This document shows positions 1-10,609 of a stretch of DNA of 22,328 nucleotides, piece by piece. The position numbers were made by a program, and so were the translations under genes. The stretch comes from Octopus sinensis (taxonomy: Eukaryota), in NCBI RefSeq assembly GCF_006345805.1, contig NW_021836950.1, forward strand, positions 1-22,328, given 5' to 3'. How positions within the stretch are numbered: position 1 is the first letter of the stretch; the number at the start of each line of letters is the position of its first letter. A model generated the notes under the pieces. That model did no database searches. It was not told where the DNA came from and worked only from the letters and a program-made list of their open reading frames with translations.

Positions 1-30
1 GGAATTATTATAATTATTGTTGGTTTATTT

Positions 31-170
31 TATTGTCCTTGCAGTGCTTCAAATCCTGGAGATGTACTACGGTGTCAGTTGTCACTACCAGCGAACTAAA
101 GTAACAGCCCTTATTTTCCGAGCACTACCCGGAGTACTCGAGCGGTTCCAAACAGTGCTGCTTTCTGCAT
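31..170 (-). mobile_element. 5'-truncated 3' end of R4/Dong-clade (RLE) non-LTR retrotransposon
   Basis: Minus strand 170->111 reads MQKAALFGTARVLRVVLGK*. This and the following 3' UTR match the larger copy at 16190-16310 (LQKTALLGTARILWKVLEK*). The copy is bordered by (TAA)n-type sequence. Confidence 0.85.
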
Positions 171-176
171 AATTAC

Positions 177-257
<81 letters not shown>
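171..257. repeat. (TTA/TAA)n microsatellite
   Basis: Direct reading. Confidence 0.97.
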
Positions 258-258
258 T

Positions 259-305
259 AAGGCGGTGAGCTGACAGAATTGTTAGACGAAATGCTTAGCT
301 ATATT
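259..305 (+). mobile_element. SINE family B head remnant
   Basis: aaggcggtgagctgacagaa..gttag..cgaaatgcttagc matches the reverse complement of the family B head at about 19060-19112. Confidence 0.6.
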
Positions 306-324
306 TATTACCTGACTACGGATA

Positions 325-616
325 CACACCAGCATCGGTTGTCAAACAGACACACAAACACACACACCACACACACACACACACACAACACACACACCAC
401 ACCACCACAACACACACACACCACACACATATATATATATATATATAATATATATATGTATATATACATATATACGACGGGCTTCTTTCAGTTTCCGTCT
501 ACCAAATCTACTCACAAGGCTTTTGCCGGCCCGAGGCTATAGTAGGAGACACTTGCCCAAGGTGCCACGCAGAACCATGCAGTTGGTAAGCAAGCTACCT
601 ACCACACAGCCACTCA
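325..616 (-). mobile_element. SINE family C, partial, with internal (CA)/(TA) microsatellite
   Basis: Reverse-complement similarity to 12810-13276 (cttctttcagtttccgtctaccaaat, acacttgcccaaggtgcca, accacacagccactc). Confidence 0.9.
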
Positions 617-888
617 TGCATGTCTGAAGGAGATTTTGCTTCCAAAATCGGTGTCTGTGAAGGTCAAAGATTTGGTTGCTATTTCTTGTATGGCGAGGGT
701 TTTCGTAACAATTCCTTTTCTTGTATTTTGTATCTATCTGTTCCACTGAATGAGTGGTCTATATGCACCCTCTACGTGTAATTTGTGTATGATGATGTGA
801 TGCGATATGAAGTGTGCTATTTTGTATTCACCGTAGTTTATTCCGGTTCAATAACGTCAGCATGGATCTCCTGATAGGTTTGTGGTTA

Positions 889-1295
889 TCTTTATAAATA
901 AAAGAGGGGTTGTGTGTCTGTCTCTACGATTTAGATTCCTAACTACTCCCACATTTTGCGGTGCAGTTCAATCAAAACCGGGTATCTTATAGTCGTGATT
1001 CATATCGAGCCCTTCTGGGTATTAGCGCGCGTCTACGATGAGTCTATGATTTTTTTTTAAAATTTACCATCATTTTTTCCATTTTGATGCATTTTTTCGC
1101 TATATATAAGGGAAGTAAAAACTCTTTTTTAAAATGATGTACGATGAGTCAACGATTTAAAAAAAAAATTACCATCATTTTTTTTTTTTTCCATTTTTAA
1201 TGCATTTTTTTGCTATTTTTTGGCTATAACTCTCTAAAAATGCTTATATAGTTATTTCCCTTACAAACCCGAGCAACGCCGGGCGATACTGCTAG
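889..1295 (+). mobile_element. Non-autonomous Helitron (407 bp)
   Basis: 5' A|TC (TCTTTATAAATAAAAG), 3' CTAG|T, subterminal GC hairpin CCCGAGC-AAC-GCCGGG at 1268-1283, no TSD. Internal tandem duplication at about 1035-1101 and 1140-1215. Confidence 0.85.
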
Positions 1296-1530
1296 TTCAT
1301 TATACACTGAATATCATCTTTACAAGCGATTGTTATTGGCTATCTCTATAGGCTGATGATGTGTCTGTCAATAATCTAACGATGTTTATGCGTTAATTTC
1401 CTTTCCCCTACTACTTATCTTTACGTGTGTTGTAAATATTGTGCGAGTGTAACTCCTAGTATGTGCATGTGTTGATTTTTCATAGTATTTTCATAGTTAT
1501 TAGAGTTTATTGTTCTCTGGTGCTGTTAGT

Positions 1531-1861
1531 GTGAAGGCGAGTGGTTTAGTGGTTAGTGTATTCGGCTCACGAACGTAAGGTCGTGAGTCCAGTTCCCGTT
1601 AGCGCGTTGTGCCCTTGAGTAAGACACTTTATCTTTCATTGTTTCGGTTCAGTCAGCTGGTAAAAATAAGTTGTACCAGTAGTTCAATAGGCTAGCCTTG
1701 TCGCATTCGATGTGTCACTCTGAATCTCTCTAAAGATTGCGTTATGGGTCAGCTTGTCTGTGGAGTGCTCAGCCACTTGCACGTTAATTTCACGGTTGAA
1801 CCGTTCCGTTGATCGAATCAACTAGAACAATAGTGGTCATCACAGACAGAGTGTCCAGCTG
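1531..1861 (+). mobile_element. Old tRNA-derived SINE (family D-type 5' half, family A-type 3' half)
   Basis: A-box-like tggtttagtgg; CORE-like gttgtgcccttgagtaagacacttt; 3' part tgtctgtggagtgctcagccacttgcacgttaatttcacg shared with family A. Imperfect TSD ggtgYtgttagt at 1519-1530 and 1862-1873. Confidence 0.85.
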
Positions 1862-2111
1862 GGTGTTGTTAGTAATATGAGAATAAGGGATTTGGGAAAT
1901 CTTTAGAGTGAACCAAGCGTTTGAGGGATTCATGTAACGTTGTTTAGGTTGTGGGCATCGTCAGACTGAGTTTGAGATATCATCTGCTTCTATAACTGAC
2001 AGTATGTTGTTGTTTCGTCCCCAGATTCGCCCTGACCGAACGAATCATGATCAAAACAAAATCCAGCTGTGGCCATTATGCTTTCTTTTTTTTCCTGTGT
2101 ACAGAGAATCT

Positions 2112-2878
2112 TATTTCTTTACTGTCTGCAAGGGGCTACATACTGAGGGAACAAAGAGAGACAAACGGATTGAGTCGATTATATCGACCCCAGTGCGTAA
2201 CTGGTACTTATTTAATCGACCCCGAAAGGATGAGAGGGAAAGTCGGCCTCGGCGGAATTTGAACTCAGAACGTGGCGGTAGACAAATACCTATTTCTTTA
2301 CTACCCACAAGGGGCTAAATACAGAGGGGACAAACAAGGACATATAAACTGATTAAGTCGATTATATCGACCCCAGTGCACAACTAGTACTTATTTAATC
2401 GACCCCGAAAGGATGAAAGGCAAAGTCGGCCTCGGCGGAATTTGAACTCAGAACGTGGCAGTAGGCAAATACCTATTTCTTTACTACCCACAAGGGGTTA
2501 AATACAGAGGGGACAAACAAGGACATATAAACAGATTAAGTCGATTATATCGACCCCAGTGCACAACTGGTACTTATTTAATCGACTCCGAAAGGATGAA
2601 AGGGAAAGTCGACCACGGTGGAATTTGAACTCAGAACATAGCAGCAAACGAAATACCTATTTCTTTATTACCCACAAGGGGCTAAACACAGAGGGGACAA
2701 ACAAGGACAGACATAGGTATTAAGCCGATTACATCGACCCCAGTGCGTAACTGGTACTTAATTTATCGACACCAAAAGGATGAAAGGCAAAGTCGACCTC
2801 GGCGGAATTTGAACTGACAACGTAAGGCAGACGAAATACCGCTAAGCATTACCCGGCGTGCTAACGTTTCTGCCAGCT
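2112..2878 (-). mobile_element. Head-to-tail tetramer of SINE family B (one head, four ~180-bp bodies)
   Basis: Units at 2112-2290, 2291-2473, 2474-2657 and 2658-2878. All three junctions read aaatacc|tatttcttta. A single TSD cagagaatct lies at 2102-2111 and 2879-2888. Confidence 0.92.
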
Positions 2879-3119
2879 CAGAGAATCTAATCCCGGATCA
2901 TAATGTCTAACAACGTGTCTTTCTTTGTGATGGTTCGATATGATTGAAGGGACTTTTGTTTGCTATATCTAACATGCCGATTGCACTTCGTAGGTTGAGT
3001 TGCATTTATGCGCGTTTTGAAGATGTGTGGAAGGATCATATTGATATAGGTTAGCTAGACCTGGCAGAAGCGACAATCGCGCATGATTTTAAATTCACCC
3101 TACTTTCATGAATTTGATA

Positions 3120-3462
3120 GTGATGGTATTGAAGACGACGACGACGACAACGACGATGATGATTATAAAGAGGAGGAAGTGGAGGTTTAGCAGCAATAGC
3201 CGCAACGGTGACGTCGCTGATCCAGTAGGTGATACTGGTGATGTTGGTGATGCTGGTGAACGAAGATATTGACGAATAAATCGAAACAGGAGATAGGAAA
3301 ATAAATGTGATTGAGGGAATTCAATGTAGGTGAGGTTGGTGGTAGCAGAGACGGAGCTAGACGAGAGTGACAGAATTAGGAAAAGAAGGAGAAAGAAGAG
3401 GAGGAAGAGGAGGAGGAGGAGGAGGAGGGGGAGGAGGAAGGAAGGGAGGTAGGGGAAGAAGT
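3120..3462. repeat. Degenerate GAC/GAT/GAG purine-rich simple repeats
   Basis: Direct reading. Confidence 0.8.
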
Positions 3463-3708
3463 AAAACCTAATTGAATTCAGTTGTGTAGATTTACAGAGT
3501 ATCACTTCATTTTTTTTTTTTTTTTTTTTGTTTACATGTAAACATCTTCAGAAGAGACGGCTACGATAAGAGTATCAGTGATCAAAGGAAATGAAACTTT
3601 TGTTTACTACCCCCTCCCTTCCTTTAAAATTTTTAAAATTCTTTCGCTTGTTGTTTGCCCCGAAGGCATGAGAGCTAACTAACTGAATGGTTTATGTATG
3701 CTTATGAA

Positions 3709-3848
3709 ATACACACATACACACGCACGCACGCTTGCACACCCACTCAAACGTGCGCTTATACACACACACACACACATACGAATATACATATACATAT
3801 ATATACATTTATATATACACATATATATATACATACATATATATGGAC

Positions 3849-3881
<33 letters not shown>

Positions 3882-4007
3882 AGTGTAGATATACACGTGT
3901 GTGTACATATGTGCGTATGTATCACACACATGCACACACTCATATATATATGTGTATATATATATATATATTAATATAACTCTCTCTCTCTCTTCTCTCT
4001 CTCTCTC

Positions 4008-4055
<48 letters not shown>
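3709..4055. repeat. Compound (CA)/(TA)/(TG)/(CT) microsatellite
   Basis: Direct reading. Confidence 0.95.
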
Positions 4056-4059
<4 letters not shown>

Positions 4060-5187
4060 TTCTGTTTCCTATATTTTGCGGTAAATAAAATAGCGGCATA
4101 CTTTTCTATTGAACACACTTGACAGTTCTGTACATCTATAATACCAGCAAAAATCACACTTTTACAACTAAAATGTCCATAGAAGCTAAGCTAGCTCTTA
4201 AATGCCATTGGGCACTGTTAAAATACATTTTGTTTTTGTTTTCTTGTTGTTGTTTTTTTATACTTTGAATTTTATCTTCATTTCACATCAATTAAATTTC
4301 AGCAATACATTAGCACCTTGTAAAGTTAGTTAAGATGAATGAAGTACGGTGTTTGAAAGCGAAAGAAAATTCCCATTTTAAGTTACATGTCTGGAAAAAA
4401 AAAAAAAGCTATAACAGAAAATATAAGAGCTGATAGAGTTGGACGAATGATGTTAGCTCAAAAGTAGAAAAAGACTTTTATAATGTGTAAGGAAAAAGAA
4501 TTATCAAATGCGTATATTCTGTGCACCTTCTTTATTTCTTGGTTCAAAATTCATACTTCTAATCTAAAGGCTATTGTCTCCTCTACGATAGCGGACCACC
4601 ACCAGGAAACACCACGTCACGTAGTCCACGTCTAAACAGGAAGAAAGATATGTAAAATAACGGATCAGCTCAAGACTAAAACATGTTATCTTTTTAAATA
4701 TGTTAGTTAAAAGTTGACCCTGAGTCCGAGATAGTACCTTAATGGGCTTTTTTAGTTTGTTTCTTTTTAATGAATTCTGCGGGAGAAAAGGCAAGTGAAG
4801 ATTGATTTTAGAAGGGACTCGCTGTGTGATCAGATATATATTTTTGGCATTCAGTTTGAACATTTTTGAGCTGGCTTTTGGAAGGAAAAGTAGGAGTGTG
4901 TGAAGATTCATATAGTTGAAAATTAAGGACAATTTTTTCTTTGCTACTTTTGAAATGAGACGTACTGTGAAAGTGGTAGGAAAAGAAGCAAGAAAATGAA
5001 CCAGGTGGGGGAATCTTTTTTCTAATGGAGGTATTCGACTATTTGATTTGATCAATTACATTTGTGCACCTGAATTTAAAGCTTTCGGGTACTTCACAGA
5101 CAGCCAGATTTGTTAAAACGTAACACTCAGGTCAAATCAGCGAGACAGTTTGTGACATGGCTGGACCATTGATATACATCTGGTATA

Positions 5188-5735
5188 GAAGAAGAAGAAA
5201 GAAGAAGAAGAAGAAGAAAGAAGAAGAAGAAAGAAGAAGAAGAGAAGAAGAAGAAGAAGAAGAGAAGAAGAAGAAGAAGAGAAGAAGAAGAAAGAAGAAA
5301 GAAGAAGAAGAAGAAGAACAGAAGAAGAAGAAGAAGAAGAAGAAGAAGAAAGAAGAAGAAGAAGAGAAGAAGAAGAAGAAGAGAGAAGAAAGAAGAAAGA
5401 AGAAGAAGAAGAAGAAGAAGAAGAAGAAGAAGAAGAGAGAAGAAGAAGAAGAAGAAGATAAGAGAAGAAGAGAAAGAAGAAAGAAGAAGAAGAGAGAAGA
5501 AGAAGAAGAAGAAGAGAGAAGAAGAAGAAAGAAGAAGAAGAAGAAGAAAAGAAGAAGAAGAGAAGAAGAAGAAGAGAAGAAGAGAAGAAGAAGAAGAAGA
5601 AGAAGAAGATGAAGAGAAGAAGAAGAAGAAGAAGAAGAAGAAGAAGAAGAAGAAGAAAGAAGAGAAGAAGAGAAGAAGAAGAAGAAGAAGAGAAGAAGAA
5701 GAAAGAAGAAGAGAAGAAGAAGAAGAAGAAGAAAA
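5188..5735. repeat. ~550-bp (GAA)n polypurine tract
   Basis: Almost pure GAA with GAAA/GAGA interruptions and very few pyrimidines. Confidence 0.97.
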
Positions 5736-5936
5736 ATTCGGACACACTAAAGGAGAAATGCTATATTTATTGACACCGAAGAATAAAAGTTAAATTTGAC
5801 TCTAGCGAGATTTGAACTTCGATAAAATCTCACTAAAAAGTTACATTAAAAAATATGCAATGCAAAACGCTAGGGCTGAGAGGAAACAGTATGGTTGGTA
5901 TTCAACTGCTTATACCGTTTTTTCTTCGGTAGTAGT

Positions 5937-6322
5937 GGATTGGAAGCATTCCGTCGGTTACGATGATGAGGGTTCCGGTTGATCCGACCAACGGAACAGC
6001 CTGCTCGTGAAATTAACGTGTAAGTGGCTGAGCACTCCACAGACACGTGTACCCTCAACGTAGTTCTCGGGGATATTCAGCGTGACACAGAGAGTGACAA
6101 GGCTGACCCTTTGAAATACAGGTACAACAGAAACAGGAAGTAAGAGTGAGAGAAAGTTGTGGTGAAAGAGTACAGCAGGGATCACCACATTCCCCTGCCG
6201 GAGCATCGTGGAGCTTTAAGTGTTTTCGCTCAATAAACACTCACAACGCCCGGTCTGGGAATCGAAACCGCGATCCTACGACCGCGAGTCCGCTGCCCTA
6301 ACCACTGGGCCATTGCGCCTCC
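5937..6322 (-). mobile_element. Full-length tRNA-derived SINE, family A
   Basis: Minus-strand head with A box TGGCCCAGTGG and B box GGTTTCGATTCC. 14-bp TSD tcttcggtagtagt at 5923-5936 and 6323-6336. Homologous copies at 9995 and 19339. Confidence 0.95.
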
Positions 6323-6678
6323 TCTTCGGTAGTAGTAGCTGCAGCAACAGTAGCGGCAACAGCCCTATTATAAAAAGTAACCGAGTCATATTTTTCCCGA
6401 CATAATGTAACCCGAACTACACAGTACAGTACGTACTTCGGTTTTAAAACGCTAGTGTAAGATTTCAGGGCGACTTGGCTGCTTAGTTATCAAATATCGT
6501 ACGGCCACATTGTTAGATTTTGTATGTACAGCATTATTTTAGTTTAATATGGTTCAAATTAGAAACGTTGCTATGCTGTACAGGTCAGTGCAGGTGTACG
6601 GTTTCAGCAGACGTGACGTATCACGACCGCCAGCGATGTTGCATACATTCACATACATGTGTGTGTGTGTGCGTGTAT

Positions 6679-6693
6679 CAACAACAACAATAC

Positions 6694-6759
<66 letters not shown>

Positions 6760-6788
6760 TAATAATAATGATGATGATGATGATGATG

Positions 6789-6828
<40 letters not shown>

Positions 6829-6830
6829 TA
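6679..6830. repeat. (AAC)/(AAT)/(GAT)n microsatellite
   Basis: Direct reading. Confidence 0.97.
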
Positions 6831-6834
6831 AGTT

Positions 6835-7000
6835 GCAAAATACAGCTGCCTAAGGTGCGCTGGTGGATATATTAATTTATTTTGCCATTGTTCAAGCTGA
6901 AAAACAAGACGGATTGTTTTATAATTGTTTTTTCATTAGCTTGAAAAATGGCGAAATAAATTAATATTCCGACCAGGGAACCGCGGGTAGCCGTATTTCA
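6835..7000. mobile_element. Palindromic (fold-back) MITE-like element
   Basis: Inner arms 6869-6898 and 6938-6967 are 28/30 complementary. Outer arms aaatacagctgcc..ctggtgga and tccgaccag..ggtagccgtattt continue the symmetry. Confidence 0.6.
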
Positions 7001-7440
7001 CAAAATTTGTGGCTTTTATTAGAGTAATATATTTAATCTCTTAGCTAATCGGGTGCTATACTACTTGTTGAAGCCTTATATACAACCATGACGAATTTAG
7101 GGCTGAGAATTGCCTGGATGTGGACGCCATTTTGAGACAAAGGAAAGCTCACAAAATCAATATAAATGATTATATAAATGTGAAATATAAAGTTTCTTTG
7201 GAAATTGCTGTTGGAACGTGTGTCATACATAGCTATAGTCGCCACAGATATGTCTTTGGGTTCGCTTTTGTGTAGGTGTGTGCGTGCTTCTGTGTTTCAT
7301 TAAATGGAAGACTATATTCAACTGTTCCGGTTTCAGTTCCACAGAATGGCAACTTGGACATATACATCGCTGGGTCGACCATACATATATCTCTGGAACG
7401 ACCACATATATCTCCGGACCGACCATATATATTATCTGTA

Positions 7441-7712
7441 GGCCGACCAAAGCTTATAGAATTTGGAAGCGGGCACTGAAAGGAAACACGTCGTTTGTGT
7501 GTGTGTGTGTGTGCCTATGTGTTTGTGTGTGTCTTTGTGATTGTGTTGTCCCACACCACCGCTTGATAACCGGTGCTGGTGTGTTTACGCCCACGTAACT
7601 TAGCTGTTCCACAAAAGAAATCGATAGAATAATAAATACCAAAGTGGATTCATTCGACTAAAGCTCTTTAAGTAGGTGATCTAGTGCGACCGTATTTTAT
7701 CGACTGAAACAA
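7441..7712 (+). mobile_element. SINE family C, degenerate 3' portion
   Basis: ggccgaccaaagc..(TG)n..cttgataaccggtgctggtgtgtttacg..gtaacttagc..gactgaaacaag. Confidence 0.8.
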
Positions 7713-8159
7713 GCACACCACACACACACACACATACACACACACATACATGATGGTCATGTCTTTACCAGTCAAAATCGAGTCAAGATTGGAGAGGAAT
7801 TAAATGAGGCTTAGTTTGCTTATAGCTTTCGTCTCTAATCGAAGATACTCACTACGAGATATACGTAATGTGAATATTACTTTTTTTACACTAAAAGAAA
7901 TGTAGATACGTAGACAGGAACGCGGAAAGATAGAGGAAGAAAGAGTAGAAACATAGAAAGCGAGGAAAAGCCTGCATGACAAATAACTGAAAGAGCTATA
8001 CACATACATAATACATACACAGATGCACAGAGACAGACAGACAGACAGGCAGTCAGACAGAGAAAGTGAGAGAGATAACAATAGATAGTATTCAGTTATC
8101 AAAGGAGCTATCCGTAACTAAACACGTTGCAACATTGTATTCAAGAAGACAGAAAGAGA

Positions 8160-8450
8160 AAACACGCGCACATACACACACACATGTCCATATGCACACA
8201 TGAATACACACGCATTTGTTGTCTGTATGTGTGCCAGTATATATATATATATAAAAATGCGTGTGTATTTGTGTCTCGAAGTGAGAGTGTTTGTGAGTGC
8301 ATGTGTGTGTTTGTGTTTGTGTATGTGTGTGTGTGTGTGCGTGTGTGCGTGTGTGCGTGTGTGTGTGCGTGTGTGTGTGTGTATGTGTGGTTGTGTGTGT
8401 GTGTGTGATAGCGAGCGCATAAGTGAATACTCTACCACGCGTGTGTATAT
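8160..8450. repeat. Compound (CA)/(TG) microsatellite
   Basis: Direct reading. Confidence 0.93.
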
Positions 8451-9074
8451 ATGTGTCCTTGTGTTTATTTTTGATTAGCGAAATTAAGAAAGGCAGTTGA
8501 CAGTTCTCTAGCGAGTCTCCCTTTTGAGAAGATGAAAATGAAAAGAAAGATGGCGATAAAGCGAAGAAGAAAGACAGAGAGGGAGAGCAAAAGTGTTAGA
8601 GAAAATGAAAGGGAGAATTAATAAAAGGAAGAAAAAGAAAGGGAAACAGTCAGTAAGAGGTGAATGAATTTTATATCTCAAATGCCGAAAATATCTTCAA
8701 GGTATTTTTAATGGTGCTGCCAAACTCGTTGACATCTTCTGCTTAAGGCGAGATTAATTGTCGAATATATTCACTTCACGTTTGAACAATTGAGAAAGAT
8801 CGGTGTCAAGCGTAGTACAAATTGAAATACGAAATTGCGAAGAAACGACGTCTGATAAGGCACAAGGTTACCTTTTGTGTGATGCAGTGAATAGGAGACA
8901 CAATAATAGAGCGTTGGGTATTACTGGTACTTCATTAACAATAGCGTTGTTTATCTAATTTAGATTTAGAAGAACTAACTTTATTTCGCTCCTACACTGC
9001 CAGAGAAATTACTTACCTGAGCTGTAATTGCACATGCACGCGCTCAAACATACATACATTCATATACACGCATA

Positions 9075-9440
<366 letters not shown>

Positions 9441-9574
9441 CTCTATATTGTATATAAATAATACCAACATTTCATGTGGTAAGTTTGATATTAGTAAGAA
9501 ATGAAGTGAGTGTGAGTGTGTGTGCGTGTGTGTGTGCGTGTGTGGTGTATATGTGCGTAGATGGAATTAAAAAG

Positions 9575-9706
9575 CTTTCGGCCTTAGCCATAGGCTCATA
9601 AAACAGGTTTCCTGGATTCCGTGGGGTATTTTTCCACGTTCAGGGATCGAAAACACAATCCTATAGCCCTGCGTGCAGCACCCTAACCACTAAGCCATAC
9701 ATTTCC
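9575..9706 (-). mobile_element. Internally deleted, degenerate family D SINE
   Basis: caccctaaccactaagcca head and ccttagccataggctcat tail resemble 10827-11075. Confidence 0.6.
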
Positions 9707-9710
9707 AGTC

Positions 9711-10500
9711 ATCTTGTGTTGGTTCTCTTTAGAATGTCTTCATTGGTTACATAGTCTGCCAGTACTTTCGGAATCCTTCTCAAACGTCTTTGGTGGAACA
9801 CATATAGCCTTATATCGATTTTCACAATGCTCTTCCATTTTTCACAAGCACAGAAAACCGTGGGTGGAACTAGTTATTACGGCTTCGGATCTTTGTGTAA
9901 GATGGTGATGCAGGGATACCTAATACGATCGCAACTTTGACAACTCCATAGTTGTCATTAGCCTTAATGTAGCCATTGTCACTCATTGTGAACCTGGAAG
10001 CACTCCGTCGCTTACGACGACGAGGGTTCCGGTTGATCCGAATCAACGGAACAGACTGCTCGTGAAATTAACGTGTAAGTGGCTGAGCACTCCACAGATA
10101 CGTGTACCCTTAACGTAGTTCTCGGGGATATTCAGCGTGACACAGAGAGTGACAAAGCCGGCCCTTTGAAATACAGGTACAACAGAAACAGGAAGTAAGA
10201 GTCAGAGAAAGTTGTGGTGAAAGAGTACAGCAGGGATCACCACCATCCCCTGCCGGAGCCTCGAGGAGCTTTTAGGTGTTTTCGCTCAATAAACACTCAC
10301 AACGCCCGGTCTGGGAATCGAAACCGCGATCCTATGCCCGCGAGTCCGCTGCCCTAACCACTGGGCCATTGCGCCTCCCATTGTGAATCTATCTACTGTT
10401 TCGATAGGGTCGTCATTTATATTCTTCATAGCTTTCGGCTTCTCTACACTGATTCTCAAACTAATCTTTCCAGTATCTGTGTGCAAGTATGGGTGTATAT
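9711..10500 (-). pseudogene. Decayed RTE-clade LINE reverse-transcriptase C-terminal region, split by a SINE
   Basis: Minus-strand translation gives KISLRISVEKPKAMKNINDDPIETVDRFT (about 10470-10380) and PTVFCACEKWKSIVKIDIRLYVFHQRRLRRIPKVLADYVTNEDILKRTNTR (about 9865-9713). These match RTE motifs GL.I...KTK.M, IE.V..F.YLGS, P.LLY..E.W and F...CLRRIL..W.D.VTNE.VL.R. Confidence 0.85.
9995..10378 (-). mobile_element. Full-length SINE family A inserted in the RTE relic
   Basis: Near-identical to 5937-6322. TSD cattgtgaa at 9984-9992 and 10379-10387. Confidence 0.95.
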
Positions 10501-10609
10501 TTCACATAGAGGGGAAAATGGATAAACTGGTGTTGTTGAAAAGTGTGTTATTCATGAATTTGAATTGCTCAGATACTTTCTTTTCATTATCATTAAAAGA
10601 ATTGATGCA

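Larger units (their letters stand above)
620..2000 (-). pseudogene. Possible highly decayed Penelope-like RT/GIY-YIG relic, interrupted by a Helitron and a SINE
   Basis: After removing 889-1295 and 1531-1861, the minus strand gives frameshifted fragments in Penelope order: YRSR, LNN..HESLKRL..KDF, TIACKD, SVY, ITTNLS, KKR..TLAIQE. These resemble the RT C-terminus followed by the GIY-YIG pattern I.C.DC..YIG.T.NL..R. Manual alignment with several frameshifts. Confidence 0.3.

Noticed and set aside
2112-2878. CRISPR-like or hammerhead-retrozyme reading of the tandem array
   Set aside because: The units are ~180-bp SINE bodies without unique spacers, and no CUGANGA/GAAA core was found on either strand.
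3505-3552. Minus-strand CTGAAGA followed by a palindromic stem, resembling a hammerhead
   Set aside because: The stem is followed by poly-A rather than GAAA, and no stem I or III forms. CTGATGA at 1353 and CTGACGA near 1960 also lack partners.
3694-4157. Many ORFs rich in YI/HT/CV repeats (here and at about 8.1, 9.0, 15.2, 16.9, 18.2 and 21.2 kb)
   Set aside because: They are translations of dinucleotide microsatellites, which lack stop codons.
4564-5055. 163-aa minus-strand ORF in non-repeat sequence
   Set aside because: No recognisable domain, an AT-driven K/L/F/I composition and no convincing splice context. It cannot be excluded without BLAST or RNA-seq.
5127-5747. ORFs of 151-206 aa of poly-K/E/R or poly-S/L/F
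   Set aside because: Artefacts of the (GAA)n tract.
6250-6322. tRNA gene calls for SINE heads (also about 10310-10378, 11005-11075, 19339-19410)
   Set aside because: A and B boxes are present, but each head continues into a shared SINE body flanked by TSDs.
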